A stretch of 51,682 bases of DNA from a virus (lineage: Duplodnaviria > Heunggongvirae > Uroviricota > Caudoviricetes): positions 1 to 51,682 of IMG/VR virus record IMGVR_UViG_2651869781_000017; one strand, written 5' to 3'. How positions within the stretch are numbered: the stretch's first letter is position 1; each line of letters starts with the position of its first letter. Made by a program: the position numbers and the translations under genes. Below the pieces are notes generated by a model. It did no database searches and was not told the DNA's origin. It saw only the letters and a program-made list of their open reading frames with translations. Below, piece after piece: positions 17,813 to 29,017 of the stretch.

Positions 17813-18527
17813 GTTAATAAATGGCAATGCCATCAAAATGACAAGCATTGAAATCGCTGAGTTGGTTGGTAAGCGTCATGACAATGTGAAACGTACCATC
17901 GAAACGCTGGCTAAAAATGGTGTTATCCGGCTTCCTCAAATTGAGGATTGTGGAAGAATCAATGGGTTAGGCTTAAATCAAAGTTTTTGTGTGTATGTAT
18001 TCGAAGGCGAACAAGGAAAGCGAGACAGTATTGTCGTTGTAGCCCAGTTGTCGCCGGAATTCACCGCTCGTCTTGTTGACCGTTGGCGAGAGCTTGAAGA
18101 AACTGCGGTTAATATCCCAAAAACGCTACCAGAAGCGTTGCGCCTTGCTGCTGACCTTGCTGAGCAGAAAATGCAACTGGAAAACCAGCTCGCAATTGCC
18201 GCACCTAAAGTTGAGTTTGCCGATCGCGTTGGCGAGGCCAGCGGAATTTTGATTGGAAACTTTGCAAAGGTTGTTGGAATTGGTCCAAACAAACCGTTTG
18301 CGTGGATGCGCGATCACAAAATCCTTATTGCTTCAGGTTCCCGGCGCAATGTGCCAATGCAGGAATATATGGATCGCGGCTATTTCACAGTGAAAGAAAC
18401 AGCGTTCAACACAAATCACGGAATACAGATATCGTTCACCACAAAAATCACCGGGCGTGGTCAACAGTGGCTGACCAGAAGGCTGCTCTATAGCGGAATG
18501 CTGAAAGTAACAGGGGAGGCTGCTTAA
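17805..18527 (+). CDS. Rha-family phage regulatory protein / antirepressor-like
   Basis: N-terminal Rha-type motif (MTSIEIAELVGKRHDNVKRTIETL) and antirepressor-type C-terminal region. Confidence 0.6.
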   Translation: MNELINGNAIKMTSIEIAELVGKRHDNVKRTIETLAKNGVIRLPQIEDCGRINGLGLNQSFCVYVFEGEQGKRDSIVVVAQLSPEFTARLVDRWRELEETAVNIPKTLPEALRLAADLAEQKMQLENQLAIAAPKVEFADRVGEASGILIGNFAKVVGIGPNKPFAWMRDHKILIASGSRRNVPMQEYMDRGYFTVKETAFNTNHGIQISFTTKITGRGQQWLTRRLLYSGMLKVTGEAA

Positions 18528-18817
18528 TGGCTAACCTACGCAAAGAAGCACGCGGCAGAGAATGCCAGGTACGTATTTACGGCGTATGCAATGGCAACCC
18601 TGAAACTACAGTTCTGGCACATTACCGGATGGCTGGAATTTGCGGAACGGGAATGAAGCCTGACGACCTGATCGGTGCATGGGCTTGTAGTGCGTGTCAC
18701 GATGAAATCGACCGACGCACCCATAACCTCGACAACAAAGACGCAAGACTTTACCACCTCGAAGGCGTGATCAGAACGCAGGCGATACTGCTGAGGGAGG
18801 GGAAGATTAAGTCATGA
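18527..18817 (+). CDS. DUF1364-like Cys-rich nin-region protein
   Basis: 96 aa with conserved Cys/His positions (CQVRIYGVC, CSACHDEID). Confidence 0.45.
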   Translation: MANLRKEARGRECQVRIYGVCNGNPETTVLAHYRMAGICGTGMKPDDLIGAWACSACHDEIDRRTHNLDNKDARLYHLEGVIRTQAILLREGKIKS

Positions 18818-19176
18818 ACGAATATCAGTTTGTGCTTCCATACCCGCCGTCGGTGAATACCTACTGGCGAAGACGGGGAAGCCAATATTACATAAGCGAT
18901 AAAGGCCAGAAATACCGAAAAGACGTTCAGCAAATCATCCGCCAACTTAAGTTAGACATTTTCACCAAATCACGACTCCGCATCAAAGTCATCGCAGACG
19001 TTCCAGACTCCCGCCGCCGCGACCTCGACAACATCCTGAAAGGTTTACTCGACTCCCTTATCCACGCCGGATTTGCGGAAGACGACGAGCAATTCGATGA
19101 CATTCGCGTAATTCGTGGCGTGAAAGTACCAGGCGGAAGGCTTGGAATAAAAATCACCGAACTGGAGAACGTATGA
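18814..19176 (+). CDS. rusA: RusA Holliday-junction resolvase
   Basis: 120 aa; MNEYQFVLPYPPSVNTYW...DLDNILKGLLDSL is the characteristic RusA signature. Confidence 0.85.
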   Translation: MNEYQFVLPYPPSVNTYWRRRGSQYYISDKGQKYRKDVQQIIRQLKLDIFTKSRLRIKVIADVPDSRRRDLDNILKGLLDSLIHAGFAEDDEQFDDIRVIRGVKVPGGRLGIKITELENV

Positions 19177-19361
19177 ACGCCACAATTCAAACGATACCAG
19201 AGCTTCTTATCCAGACACGAGGCAATCAGACCGAAGTGGCGAGGATTCTTTCCTGCGCAAGAGGAACAGTGCTCAAGTACAACCGAGACAGCAAAGGCGA
19301 GCGTCACGTAATAGTTAACGGCGTCCTGATGGTCACGCCAGGCAAAAAGGGAAGACGATGA
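19173..19361 (+). CDS. ninH: NinH
   Basis: ...GNQTEVARILSCARGTVLKY... matches lambda NinH (GNQTEVARRLKCSRGTVRKY). Confidence 0.75.
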   Translation: MNATIQTIPELLIQTRGNQTEVARILSCARGTVLKYNRDSKGERHVIVNGVLMVTPGKKGRR

Positions 19362-19981
19362 GACTCGAAAGCGTAGCTAAATTTCATTCGCCAAAAAGCC
19401 CGATGATGAGTGACTCACCACGGGCCACGGCTTCTGACTCTCTTTCCGGTACTGATGTGATGGCTGCTATGGGGATGGCGCAATCACAAGCCGGATTCGG
19501 CATGGCTGCATTCTGTGGTAAGCACGAACTCAGCCAGAACGACAAACAAAAGGCTATCAACTATCTGATGCAATTTGCACACAAGGTATCGGGGAAATAC
19601 CGTGGTGTGGCAAAGCTTGAAGGAAATACTAAGGCAAAGGTACTGCAAGTGCTCGCAACATTCGCTTATGCGGATTATTGCCGTAGTGCCGCGACGCCGG
19701 GCGCAAGATGCAGAGATTGCCACGGTACAGGTCGGGCGGTTGATATAGCCAAAACGGAGCAGTGGGGGAGAGTTGTTGAGAAAGAGTGCGGAAGATGCAA
19801 AGGTGTCGGCTATTCAAGAATGCCAGCAAGCGCCGCATATCGCGCTGTAACGATGCTAATCCCAAACCTTACTCAACCCACCTGGTCACGCACTGTTAAG
19901 CCGCTGTATGACGCTCTGGTGGTGCAATGCCACAAAGAAGAGTCAATCGCAGACAACATTTTGAACGCGGTCACACGTTAG
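19358..19981 (+). CDS. Q: late-gene antiterminator Q (lambda type)
   Basis: 207 aa; translation near-identical to lambda Q as remembered. Confidence 0.9.
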   Translation: MRLESVAKFHSPKSPMMSDSPRATASDSLSGTDVMAAMGMAQSQAGFGMAAFCGKHELSQNDKQKAINYLMQFAHKVSGKYRGVAKLEGNTKAKVLQVLATFAYADYCRSAATPGARCRDCHGTGRAVDIAKTEQWGRVVEKECGRCKGVGYSRMPASAAYRAVTMLIPNLTQPTWSRTVKPLYDALVVQCHKEESIADNILNAVTR

Positions 19982-20023
19982 CAGCATGATTGCCACGGAT
20001 GGCAACATATTAACGGCATAATA

Positions 20024-20052
20024 TTGACTTTTTGAATAAAGTTGGGTAAATT
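20024..20052 (+). promoter_or_regulatory. late promoter pR' (-35 TTGACT, 17-bp spacer, -10 TAAATT)
   Basis: Motifs and spacing match lambda pR' directly downstream of Q. Confidence 0.7.
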
Positions 20053-20088
20053 TGACTCAACGATGGATAAATGCACTCGTTAAATAAA

Positions 20089-20116
20089 GCCCTGAGTTAA
20101 TAGCTCGGGGCTTTTT
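20089..20116 (+). terminator. tR'-like intrinsic terminator
   Basis: GCCCTGAG / CTCGGGGC stem (one G-U pair) with 7-nt loop followed by TTTTT. Confidence 0.6.
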
Positions 20117-20414
20117 GCGTTTTAAGCACGACCTTTCTGAAAGCGCATCAAACCAAATACCAGACAGACCAAAATAATCACCTTATCCGCTGTGGCTACG
20201 GTGCGGTGTGCTTTGCATAAAAGAAAACCAGCGCAATGGCTGGCTTCGTGAAAGCGGGTGGCAAGAGGCTGCGCTAACAACCTCCTGCCGTTTTGCCCGT
20301 GCATATCGGTCACGAACAAATCTGATTACTAAACACAGTAGCCTGGATTTGTTCTATCAGTAATCGACCTTATTCCTAATTAAATAGAGCAAATCCCCTT
20401 ATTGGGGGTAAGAC

Positions 20415-20738
20415 ATGAAGATGCCAGAAAAACATGACCTGTTAGCCGCCATTCTCGCGGCAAAGGAACAAGGCATCGGGGCAATCCTTGCGTTTGCAAT
20501 GGCGTACCTTCGCGGCAGATATAATGGCGGTGCGTTTACAAAAACAGTAATCGACGCAACGATGTGCGCCATTATCGCCTGGTTCATTCGTGACCTTCTC
20601 GACTTCGCCGGACTAAGTAGCAATCTCGCTTATATAACGAGCGTGTTTATCGGCTACATCGGTACTGACTCGATTGGTTCGCTTATCAAACGCTTCGCTG
20701 CTAAAAAAGCCGGAGTAGAAGATGGTGGAAATCAATAA
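20415..20738 (+). CDS. S: holin S (class I; dual start S107/S105)
   Basis: [31 protein letters not shown]... is lambda S; upstream DNA also lambda-like. Confidence 0.92.
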   Translation: MKMPEKHDLLAAILAAKEQGIGAILAFAMAYLRGRYNGGAFTKTVIDATMCAIIAWFIRDLLDFAGLSSNLAYITSVFIGYIGTDSIGSLIKRFAAKKAGVEDGGNQ

Positions 20739-21198
20739 TCAACGTAAGGCGTTCCTCGATATGCTGGCGTGGTCAGAGGGGACAGATAACGGACGTCAGA
20801 AAACCAGAAATCATGGTTATGACGTCATTGTTGGCGGAGAGCTATTTACTGATTACTCCGATCACCCTCGCAAACTTGTCACGCTAAACCCCAAACTCAA
20901 ATCAACAGCAGCCGGACGTTACCAGCTTCTTTCCCGTTGGTGGGATGCCTATCGTAAGCAGCTTGGCCTGAAAGACTTCTCTCCCAAAAGCCAGGACGCT
21001 GTGGCATTGCAGCAGATTAAAGAGCGTGGCGCTTTACCGATGATTGATCGCGGTGATATCCGTCAGGCTATCGATCGTTGCAGTAATATCTGGGCTTCAC
21101 TGCCGGGCGCTGGTTATGGTCAGTTCGAGCATAAGGCTGACAGCCTGATTGCAAAATTCAAAGAAGCAGGCGGAACGGTCAGAGAGATTGAGGTATGA
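20722..21198 (+). CDS. R: endolysin R (lytic transglycosylase)
   Basis: 158 aa; matches lambda R ([24 protein letters not shown]...). Confidence 0.92.
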   Translation: MVEINNQRKAFLDMLAWSEGTDNGRQKTRNHGYDVIVGGELFTDYSDHPRKLVTLNPKLKSTAAGRYQLLSRWWDAYRKQLGLKDFSPKSQDAVALQQIKERGALPMIDRGDIRQAIDRCSNIWASLPGAGYGQFEHKADSLIAKFKEAGGTVREIEV

Positions 21199-21662
21199 GC
21201 AGAGTCACCGCGATTATCTCCGCTCTGGTTATCTGCATCATCGTCTGTCTGTCATGGGCTGTTAATCATTACCGTGATAACGCCATCGCCTACAAAGAGC
21301 AGCGAGATAAAAAAGTCAGTGAGCTGAAGCAGGCGACCGCCACCATTACTGACATGCAGCAACGCCAGCGTGCTGCTGATGTACTCGATGCTAAATACAC
21401 GAAGGAGTTAGCTGATGCGAAAGCTGAAAATGATGCTCTTCGTCGCAAGCTTGATAATGGTGGCAGGGTGCTCGTCAAAGGAAAATGCCCTGTGCCATCC
21501 TCAGCCGAAACCTCCGGCGCCTCCGGCATGGGCAATGATGCCACCGTCGAACTCTCTCCAGTTGCTGGACGAAACGTTCTCGGTGTCCGGGACGGAATTA
21601 TCCGCGACCAAACAGCACTGAGAACGCTTCAGGAATACATCAGGACGCAATGCCTTCGATGA
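21195..21662 (+). CDS. Rz: i-spanin Rz
   Basis: 155 aa; N-terminal TM plus coiled-coil; matches lambda Rz. Confidence 0.88.
   Translation: MSRVTAIISALVICIIVCLSWAVNHYRDNAIAYKEQRDKKVSELKQATATITDMQQRQRAADVLDAKYTKELADAKAENDALRRKLDNGGRVLVKGKCPVPSSAETSGASGMGNDATVELSPVAGRNVLGVRDGIIRDQTALRTLQEYIRTQCLR
21415..21621 (+). CDS. Rz1: o-spanin Rz1 (lipoprotein embedded in +1 frame of Rz)
   Basis: Lipobox (VAGC) and proline-rich segment PPAPPAW; embedded within Rz as in lambda. Confidence 0.8.
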   Translation: MRKLKMMLFVASLIMVAGCSSKENALCHPQPKPPAPPAWAMMPPSNSLQLLDETFSVSGTELSATKQH

Positions 21663-22109
21663 TAGCGATAATTTTACTCATCATCCTTCACATCTGGCTC
21701 TGTAGACAGGGTGGTGATCACTTCTGGAGTGAATCCAGATTAAACATCTCATTGCTGATGCTTGAAGTTGAGCATCTGGCGCGCGGTAAGGGGCTGCGTT
21801 GAGATAAGAGCCAGTTCATTACAAAGCCTATCTACGGGTGGGCTTGATAATGAAACCGGAATTTATTCTGGGCAACCAGTTACGGCAGTACAGCGAAACA
21901 ACCCAAGCCAGTAAGTGGGGAAATAACACTGGCAGCCACTGAAAGATGAACCTCCTGCCTTATGGCAAAAAAGATTCTTTGTGGTGGCGGACTGATGGAA
22001 AGACATCGGTTATTGCAGAGACCATTCAATGAGTGGTCTCGACAATGGCTTATACCCTACACGGGATAACCTAACTGATATCCCTTTTAACGGATAAACG
22101 GAGCCAACA

Positions 22110-22352
22110 ATGGCAGAGATTATTCCCATGACTGAAGAACAGAAATTCCAGTTAGAGATTTACAAGCTGGTAATGAACCAGAACGCAGCCGCAGAAGAAG
22201 CATTTCAGTTCATTGGCACTGACGAACTGAAGCTTGAGCTATTCAAAATTCACTTCCAGTCAGGCGGAGCTAATTCGGATATCACGATCCGCACATTCGA
22301 AGCGGTGCGTAAATCTAAGGAAGCGTTAGACCTGTTCACTACCGGAGCATGA
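22110..22352 (+). CDS. hypothetical protein (80 aa)
   Basis: ORF between lysis and packaging modules. Confidence 0.4.
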   Translation: MAEIIPMTEEQKFQLEIYKLVMNQNAAAEEAFQFIGTDELKLELFKIHFQSGGANSDITIRTFEAVRKSKEALDLFTTGA

Positions 22353-22353
22353 T

Positions 22354-22533
22354 GTGAGCCGCGTAATCAATTTGGGTAAGGAGAAGAAATTCCCAATTAC
22401 TCAAGAGCTATACGAGCGACTGGAAAGCGTCATTCATGATTACGATGGTGAAATCAGTTTATGCGAGGCGATTGGCACACTCGAATTGCTGAAGCAGTCA
22501 CTGATTGAAAGCGCGAAAGAGTCATCAGCCTGA
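22354..22533 (+). CDS. hypothetical small protein (59 aa, GTG start)
   Basis: ORF abutting the upstream stop; below the ORF-track length cutoff. Confidence 0.3.
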   Translation: MSRVINLGKEKKFPITQELYERLESVIHDYDGEISLCEAIGTLELLKQSLIESAKESSA

Positions 22534-22550
22534 AATAACAAATAAGTGAG

Positions 22551-23045
22551 ATGAATATGGCAGCACCAAAGGGCAACCGATTTTGGGAGGCCCGCAGTAG
22601 TCATGGGCGAAATCCTAAATTCGAATCGCCTGAGGCGCTGTGGGCTGCTTGTTGTGAATACTTCGAGTGGGTGGAAGCTAACCCGCTATGGGAGATGAAG
22701 GCGTTCTCGTATCAGGGGGAAGTGATACAAGAGCCTATCGCCAAGATGCGAGCGATGACCATTACCGGTCTCACTCTGTTCATTGATGTGACGCTTGAAA
22801 CATGGCGCACATATCGCCTGAGAGAAGATTTATCTGAAGTCGTTACGCGAGCAGAGCAGGTCATCTACGATCAGAAATTCTCTGGCGCAGCCGCTGACCT
22901 TCTCAACGCTAACATCATCGCCCGTGATTTGGGCCTCAAAGAGCAGTCGCAAGTTGAAGACGTGACACCTGATAAGGGAGATCGCGATAAGCGACGCTCT
23001 CGTATCAAGGAGCTATTCAACCGTGGAACTGGACGCGATTCTTGA
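22551..23045 (+). CDS. terminase small subunit (P22 gp3-like)
   Basis: Translation from second ATG (22557) reads [29 protein letters not shown]..., as remembered for P22 gp3. Confidence 0.85.
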   Translation: MNMAAPKGNRFWEARSSHGRNPKFESPEALWAACCEYFEWVEANPLWEMKAFSYQGEVIQEPIAKMRAMTITGLTLFIDVTLETWRTYRLREDLSEVVTRAEQVIYDQKFSGAAADLLNANIIARDLGLKEQSQVEDVTPDKGDRDKRRSRIKELFNRGTGRDS

Positions 23046-24519
23046 TAACCTGAGCGACGAAGAGCAAATCGAGTTGCTCGAGCTACTCGAAGAAGAAGAG
23101 AACTACCGGAACACACACCTGCTATATGAATTTACGCCATACAGCAAACAGCGTGAGTTCATCGACGCCGGGCATGACTATCCAGAGCGCTGTTTTATGG
23201 CTGGTAACCAGCTTGGTAAGTCATTTACTGGTGCTGCTGAAGTCGCGTTTCACCTTACCGGGCGTTATCCGGGAACAAAAGGCTATCCTGCAGATGGTAA
23301 ATATGGTGGGGAGTGGAAAGGTAAGCGTTTCTATGAGCCTGTTGTCTTCTGGATTGGCGGCGAGACAAACGAGACTGTAACCAAAACGACTCAACGCATC
23401 CTGTGCGGTCGTATCGAAGAGAATGATGAGCCTGGCTACGGTTCCATACCGAAAGAGGACATTATTAGCTGGAAGAAGTCTCCTTTCTTTCCGAACCTTG
23501 TTGATCACCTTCTGGTTAAGCATCACACGGCTGATGGCGTTGAAGATGGCATTTCAATCTGCTACTTCAAGCCATACTCGCAAGGCCGCGCTCGCTGGCA
23601 GGGTGACACAATCCACGGCGTGTGGTTTGACGAAGAGCCACCATACAGCATTTATGGCGAAGGGCTTACCCGTACCAACAAATACGGTCAATTCTCAATT
23701 CTGACGTTTACCCCGCTGATGGGGATGTCTGACGTTGTTACCAAGTTCCTGAAGAATCCAAGCAAGTCGCAGAAAGTGGTCAACATGACCATCTACGACG
23801 CTGAGCACTACACCGACGAGCAGAAAGAGCAAATCATCGCATCCTATCCCGAGCATGAAAGAGAGGCGCGTGCTCGCGGTATTCCTACGATGGGTAGCGG
23901 TCGAATCTTCCAGATACCGGAAGAGACGATTAAGTGTCAGCCGTTCGAGTGTCCTGATCACTTCTACGTCATCAATGCAATGGACTTCGGATGGGATCAC
24001 CCACAGGCACATATCCAGCTTTGGTGGGATAAAGACGAGGACGTGATTTATCTTTCTCGCGTCTGGAAGGCCAAACAGAAGAAGGCGACAGAGGCATGGA
24101 GTGCTGTTAAAGCATGGAGCAAAAACACCCCTACGGCTTGGCCTCATGACGGGCATCAGCACGAAAAGGGAGGCGGCGCTCAGCTCAAGGAACAATACGC
24201 CGAAGCTGGGTTCGACATGTTGCCAGATCATGCAACATGGCCTGATGGAGGTAATGCGGTCGAACCCGGGATAGCAGAGATACGCGACATGATGCTCGAC
24301 GGTCGTTTCAAGGTATTTAACACCTGCGAGCCATTCTTTGAAGAGTTTCGTCTGTATCACCGCGATGAGAACGGGAAGATCGTCAAGCTAAATGACGACA
24401 TCCTTTCTGCTGTTCGCTATGGCTACATGATGAGGCGTTTTGCAATACAGATGCGAGACATCAAAGATCCTAAAGAGATTGATTACTCAAGCTACAACAT
24501 ACCTTGCGGAGTTGGATGA
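23023..24519 (+). CDS. terminase large subunit (P22 gp2-like)
   Basis: 498 aa; size and synteny; overlaps terS 3' end. Confidence 0.88.
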   Translation: MELDAILDNLSDEEQIELLELLEEEENYRNTHLLYEFTPYSKQREFIDAGHDYPERCFMAGNQLGKSFTGAAEVAFHLTGRYPGTKGYPADGKYGGEWKGKRFYEPVVFWIGGETNETVTKTTQRILCGRIEENDEPGYGSIPKEDIISWKKSPFFPNLVDHLLVKHHTADGVEDGISICYFKPYSQGRARWQGDTIHGVWFDEEPPYSIYGEGLTRTNKYGQFSILTFTPLMGMSDVVTKFLKNPSKSQKVVNMTIYDAEHYTDEQKEQIIASYPEHEREARARGIPTMGSGRIFQIPEETIKCQPFECPDHFYVINAMDFGWDHPQAHIQLWWDKDEDVIYLSRVWKAKQKKATEAWSAVKAWSKNTPTAWPHDGHQHEKGGGAQLKEQYAEAGFDMLPDHATWPDGGNAVEPGIAEIRDMMLDGRFKVFNTCEPFFEEFRLYHRDENGKIVKLNDDILSAVRYGYMMRRFAIQMRDIKDPKEIDYSSYNIPCGVG

Positions 24520-26720
24520 TGGCTGATGATAGAAAGATGACTGACTGGCATCGCAAGGTGCTGTGCAACTTTGATAATGCCTGGTCAGCAACGAAGGATA
24601 TGCGTGAGCAGATTATTGAGGCTCAACGTTTCGTCCGGGTGTCCGGCGCACAGTGGGAAGGCAGCACAAACGCTGGTTACTCATTTGATGAAGGCAGGTT
24701 TGAGCATTACCCGCGCTTTGAACTGAATAAGATTGCCCGTGAATGTGATCGCATCATTGGCGAGTATCGACAGAATCGCATCAGCGTTAAATTCAGGCCT
24801 AAGGACGATAAGGCATCGGAAGCGTTAGCCGAAAAGATGAACGGCAAATTCCGCGCTGACTATCAGGAAACATCCGGTGGCGAAGCGTGTGATAACGCAT
24901 TTGATGATGCTGTAACGGGCGGATTCGGTTGTTTCCGCATGTGTGCCGATTACGAAGATGAAATGGATCCGAGTAACGAGCAGCGACGCATCAGCCTTCT
25001 TCCTGTTTACGACCCAGCGACATGCGTCTTCTTCGATCAGGACAGCAAGCAATATGACCGTTCTGATGCTATGTGGGCTATGGAAATGTTCTCCATGACG
25101 CCTAAAGCGTTCGAGGCTGAATACCCTGATTCCATCGCGGCAAGCCTTTCTCGTGATGACACTGGCACTCAATATGACTGGTCAACGCCAGATGCCATCT
25201 ATGTTGGACGCTACTACGAAGTCCGCATAGAGAAGGTGAAGCTCACAGCATGGCGTAACCCTGTCAGCGGAGAAACGGCAATCTATGATGAAGAGCAAAT
25301 CAAAGATATTGTCGACGAGCTGACCGATGGTGCATTCGAACTGATTGGCGAGCGAACGGTGAAGAAACGCCGAGTTTATTGCGGTCTTCTGTCTGGCGCT
25401 GAATGGCTGGAAGAACCGAAGCGTATTCCGGGCGAACATATTCCTCTCATCCCGGTATATGGGCGTCGTTCATTTGTTGATAATCAGGAGCGAATCGAAG
25501 GCCACGCAGCAAAAGCGATGGATGCACAGCGTCTTGAGAACCTGATGGTTTCCATGATTGCAGATAATGCTACTCAGGCTGGCGGTGATGGCATTCCTAT
25601 CGTGGATGTTGATTTCATTCCCGGTCCATTAATGAATCACTGGGCAGAGAGGAATAAGAAAAGACCTGCAGTTCTTCCCATGACCAGCAAGAAGGACAAA
25701 AACGGAACGGTCATTTCAGAGGCTCAGGTTGCTGGCTGGACACCTCCGACACAAATGCCTCCTGCTCTTGCCGGGCTATTGCAGTACACCGGAACGGCTA
25801 TTCAGCAAATTACAGGTGCGTCGCAGCTTGAGAACATGCCGAGCAACGTCGCTACCGATACCGTTGATAGCATCTTTAACCGGATGGACACGCAGTCCTA
25901 TATCTACATGGACAACATGGCTAAATCCATGCGCCGTGCTGGCGTCGTGTGGCTTTCTATGGCTCGTGAAGTCTATGGCAGCGATACGCCAATGCGCATC
26001 GTTAATGAGGATGGCAGCGATGACGTGGCGCTGATGACTGGTGAAGTGGTTGACCGTCAGACAGGGAAGGTTATCGCGCTTAACGACCTTTCGCAGGGTA
26101 ACTATGAAGTGACTGTCGATGTCGGTCAGTCGTTCGCTACTCGCCGTGATGCAACGGTTAAGTCGTTGCTTTCCATGCTGGCACTTATCCCGCCAGGAAC
26201 GCCGAAGCATGACCTTGTATCGTCGATGATTCTCGACAATATGGACGGCGAAGGGATGGACGACCTTAAAGAATACAACCGCAATCAGTTGCTTCTGTCT
26301 GGCGTTATTAAGCCGAGAACACCAGAAGAACAGCAGATGGTTGAGCAGGCGAAACAACAACAGGCCAGTCAGCCGGATCCGGCTATGGTTGCTGCGCAAG
26401 GTCAGCTTCTTGCTGGTCAGGCTGAATTGCAGAAAGCGCAGAACGAACAGGCAGCCATTCAGGTTAAAGCATTCCAGGCACAGACTGATGCTCAGGTTGC
26501 AGCGGCAAATGTTGTGAAAATCCTCGCATCTGCCGATAGCCAGCAGAAATCTGATATCCGCGAGGCTCTGAAACTGCTCGGACAGTTCCAGCAACAGCAA
26601 GGAGACAATGCCCGTGCTGATGCGGAGCTTGTCCTGAAAAGTCAGGCACAGGGCCATGCGCAGCGCATGGACATCAGCAGCATCCTGCAAAAATCAACTC
26701 AGCAACAACCACAGCAGTAA
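24504..26720 (+). CDS. portal protein (P22 gp1-like)
   Basis: 738 aa; C-terminal QQ-rich barrel segment (...PDPAMVAAQGQLLAGQAELQKAQNEQ...) parallels P22 portal. Confidence 0.88.
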   Translation: MRSWMMADDRKMTDWHRKVLCNFDNAWSATKDMREQIIEAQRFVRVSGAQWEGSTNAGYSFDEGRFEHYPRFELNKIARECDRIIGEYRQNRISVKFRPKDDKASEALAEKMNGKFRADYQETSGGEACDNAFDDAVTGGFGCFRMCADYEDEMDPSNEQRRISLLPVYDPATCVFFDQDSKQYDRSDAMWAMEMFSMTPKAFEAEYPDSIAASLSRDDTGTQYDWSTPDAIYVGRYYEVRIEKVKLTAWRNPVSGETAIYDEEQIKDIVDELTDGAFELIGERTVKKRRVYCGLLSGAEWLEEPKRIPGEHIPLIPVYGRRSFVDNQERIEGHAAKAMDAQRLENLMVSMIADNATQAGGDGIPIVDVDFIPGPLMNHWAERNKKRPAVLPMTSKKDKNGTVISEAQVAGWTPPTQMPPALAGLLQYTGTAIQQITGASQLENMPSNVATDTVDSIFNRMDTQSYIYMDNMAKSMRRAGVVWLSMAREVYGSDTPMRIVNEDGSDDVALMTGEVVDRQTGKVIALNDLSQGNYEVTVDVGQSFATRRDATVKSLLSMLALIPPGTPKHDLVSSMILDNMDGEGMDDLKEYNRNQLLLSGVIKPRTPEEQQMVEQAKQQQASQPDPAMVAAQGQLLAGQAELQKAQNEQAAIQVKAFQAQTDAQVAAANVVKILASADSQQKSDIREALKLLGQFQQQQGDNARADAELVLKSQAQGHAQRMDISSILQKSTQQQPQQ

Positions 26721-26810
26721 TTAACCCATAACGTGCAATGGCTGTCTTTATGAGGCCTGGCACCCTATTGCCTTCCGATGGGCTGAACATCGAGTAAACA
26801 GGGGTAACAA

Positions 26811-27704
26811 ATGGACCAGATGGCAGAAAACACACCAGAAGTTGAAATCGAAACCGACGCGTCAGAGCAGATTCCTGATGATGTCGAACTGGCTGAAGAA
26901 GTCGAAACAGAAGATGGCAGTGAGTCCTCCGGCAATGATGCAGAGGAAGCTACTGAAACTGATGACGACGAATCAGAACAGGAATTCTACTTTGGTGACG
27001 AAAAGCTGGATTCGCCAACCAGCGAAGATGGCGCAGAGCATGGACTGGTAAAACACCTGCGCAAGACGATTAAAGAGAAAGACCGTGAGCTGAAAGAGCT
27101 GATGCGTCAGTCTCAGAAACCCGTCGAGCAGCAGCCGGTAATCACTCAACCACCGCGAATGCCAAAACTGGATGATGAGGACATCGGTTTCGATGAAGAA
27201 ATCTACCAGCAACGCATGGCTAAGTGGGCAGAGGATAACGGCAAGTACCAGCAACAGGAGATGGCTCGCAAGCAGAAGGAGCAGGAGCTTCAGGCTGCCT
27301 ATCAAGAGCGATTATCCAAATATCAGCAACGTGTTAAGGCTCTCAAAGTTCCTGGCTATCAGGAAGCTGAGCAGGCCGTACTCGAGGAAATCCCCATCGA
27401 GACACAAAACGCGATCCTGTTTGAGTCAGAGAAGCCGGAAATCGTTGTTCTGGCACTCGGTCGCAACGATGAACTGCGCAAGCAACTGGCAGAAGCTACC
27501 AACCCCGTAGCAATTGGTCGTCTGCTGGAACGTATCGAATCGAAGGCCAGAATCATGCCAAAAGCAAAAACCACGGCAGCCACAACCCCGACAGTTAAGG
27601 GGAGCAACGGCGCAGTAATCAACAACCTCGTCAAATTGAAAGCCAAGGCGCTGGAAACTGGTGACTGGACGCCGTATTTCGCCGCTAAAAAGGCAAAAAA
27701 ATAA
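26811..27704 (+). CDS. scaffolding protein (P22 gp8-like)
   Basis: 297 aa, highly charged helical protein between portal and coat. Confidence 0.8.
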   Translation: MDQMAENTPEVEIETDASEQIPDDVELAEEVETEDGSESSGNDAEEATETDDDESEQEFYFGDEKLDSPTSEDGAEHGLVKHLRKTIKEKDRELKELMRQSQKPVEQQPVITQPPRMPKLDDEDIGFDEEIYQQRMAKWAEDNGKYQQQEMARKQKEQELQAAYQERLSKYQQRVKALKVPGYQEAEQAVLEEIPIETQNAILFESEKPEIVVLALGRNDELRKQLAEATNPVAIGRLLERIESKARIMPKAKTTAATTPTVKGSNGAVINNLVKLKAKALETGDWTPYFAAKKAKK

Positions 27705-27722
27705 CCTATCGGAGCATTAAGC

Positions 27723-28976
27723 ATGGCTAACCAATTAGCAAAAGACCTTGAAATCATGTTCGAAAACTACGTTGAAGGCTTTGAGGCCGCCTGCGTAGTT
27801 TCCCGTAACGCTAAAAAATTCCGTCCCGGTGATACAGCAATGCAGCGAGCAGGTGATGTTCTGTATCGTCCGCAGCATTACCACATGAACATTGAGGAAG
27901 GCCTAGACCTCAGCGGCAAAACGCCAACAGCACTGGTTCAGCGCCTTGTTCCTTCTGTGTTCAAGGGGCCGAAAAACATTCTGTACACTCTGGATGCGCG
28001 TGAAATGCGTGACCCGGAACATAAAACTGAAGCTGGTCGCGCCGCAGGTATGCGCCTTGCTGCACAGATTGACTCTGACCTGATTTCCATGGTTACGCAG
28101 CGTGCTACTAACGTGATCACGATGGCTGACTCAACCACAGGTTCACAGGGCCGTGATTTGTGGAACTGTGCGGCAGGTATTGATGCCACCATGACGGCGA
28201 TTGGTGTACCTCAGGGTATCAACCGTCGCTCTTTCTGGAACCCCTTCAACTACAAAGACCTTGCTGGCGAGCTTGGTCACCGTGCCTATGCTCAGGGCGC
28301 AACCCTGACAGCATACGAAAAAGCGCAAATCCCTCCGGTTGCGTCCTTCGATAGCTACAAGACCGATATTTCTGGTCGTGTTCCGAAGGGTACAGCAACT
28401 TCCATTACGCTGGCAGCAGCACCTGCGCACAAGGTTGAAGCCAAAGATGCTAACGATATGCCAGTGGATAACCGACAGGGGACCATTACGGTATCTGCTG
28501 AAGGTTTGCAGGTTGGCGATGCGTTTACCATCGCAGGGGTGAATTCTGTACACCAGATCACCAAAGATACCACCGGGCAGCCGCAGGTATTCCGCGTTCT
28601 GGCAGTAAGCGGAACGACAGTAACTATCTCCCCGAAAATTCTGCCGCCTGACAACGCGGATGTCGCCAGCCGACCATATGCAAACGTTGATGCTAATGCG
28701 GCAAGTAGCGCAGCAATCACCATTCTCAACAAAAATGCCGCACCGGCTAACCTGTTCTGGGCTGATGGTTCTGTTGAACTGATGTACGGCAAGCTGGCGT
28801 TCCCAACTGGTCAGGGTCCACAGGTAATGACAGCAACCACCGAGCAGGGCGCTACGCTGATCATGTCTTACGCCTTCGACCACATCAAAGGTGTAACCAC
28901 TGCGCGTTTCACCACCCTGTACGGTTGCTCTGTACTTGTTCCTGAATATACGGGCATCGTTATTGCCGGGCAGTAA
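27723..28976 (+). CDS. major coat protein (P22 gp5-like)
   Basis: 417 aa; position and conserved blocks (e.g. NLFWADGS versus P22 NVFWADD). Confidence 0.85.
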   Translation: MANQLAKDLEIMFENYVEGFEAACVVSRNAKKFRPGDTAMQRAGDVLYRPQHYHMNIEEGLDLSGKTPTALVQRLVPSVFKGPKNILYTLDAREMRDPEHKTEAGRAAGMRLAAQIDSDLISMVTQRATNVITMADSTTGSQGRDLWNCAAGIDATMTAIGVPQGINRRSFWNPFNYKDLAGELGHRAYAQGATLTAYEKAQIPPVASFDSYKTDISGRVPKGTATSITLAAAPAHKVEAKDANDMPVDNRQGTITVSAEGLQVGDAFTIAGVNSVHQITKDTTGQPQVFRVLAVSGTTVTISPKILPPDNADVASRPYANVDANAASSAAITILNKNAAPANLFWADGSVELMYGKLAFPTGQGPQVMTATTEQGATLIMSYAFDHIKGVTTARFTTLYGCSVLVPEYTGIVIAGQ

Positions 28977-29017
28977 TTTTGGTGGGGCTTCGGCCCCATT
29001 TTTATTGGGAGAAGACA

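Noticed and set aside
23695-24360. 221-aa minus-strand ORF within terminase large subunit
   Set aside because: Embedded antisense ORF; terminase frame is strongly supported.
25776-26690. 304-aa minus-strand ORF inside the portal gene
   Set aside because: Fully embedded antisense in a conserved structural gene; Cys/Arg/Leu-rich composition typical of non-coding frames.
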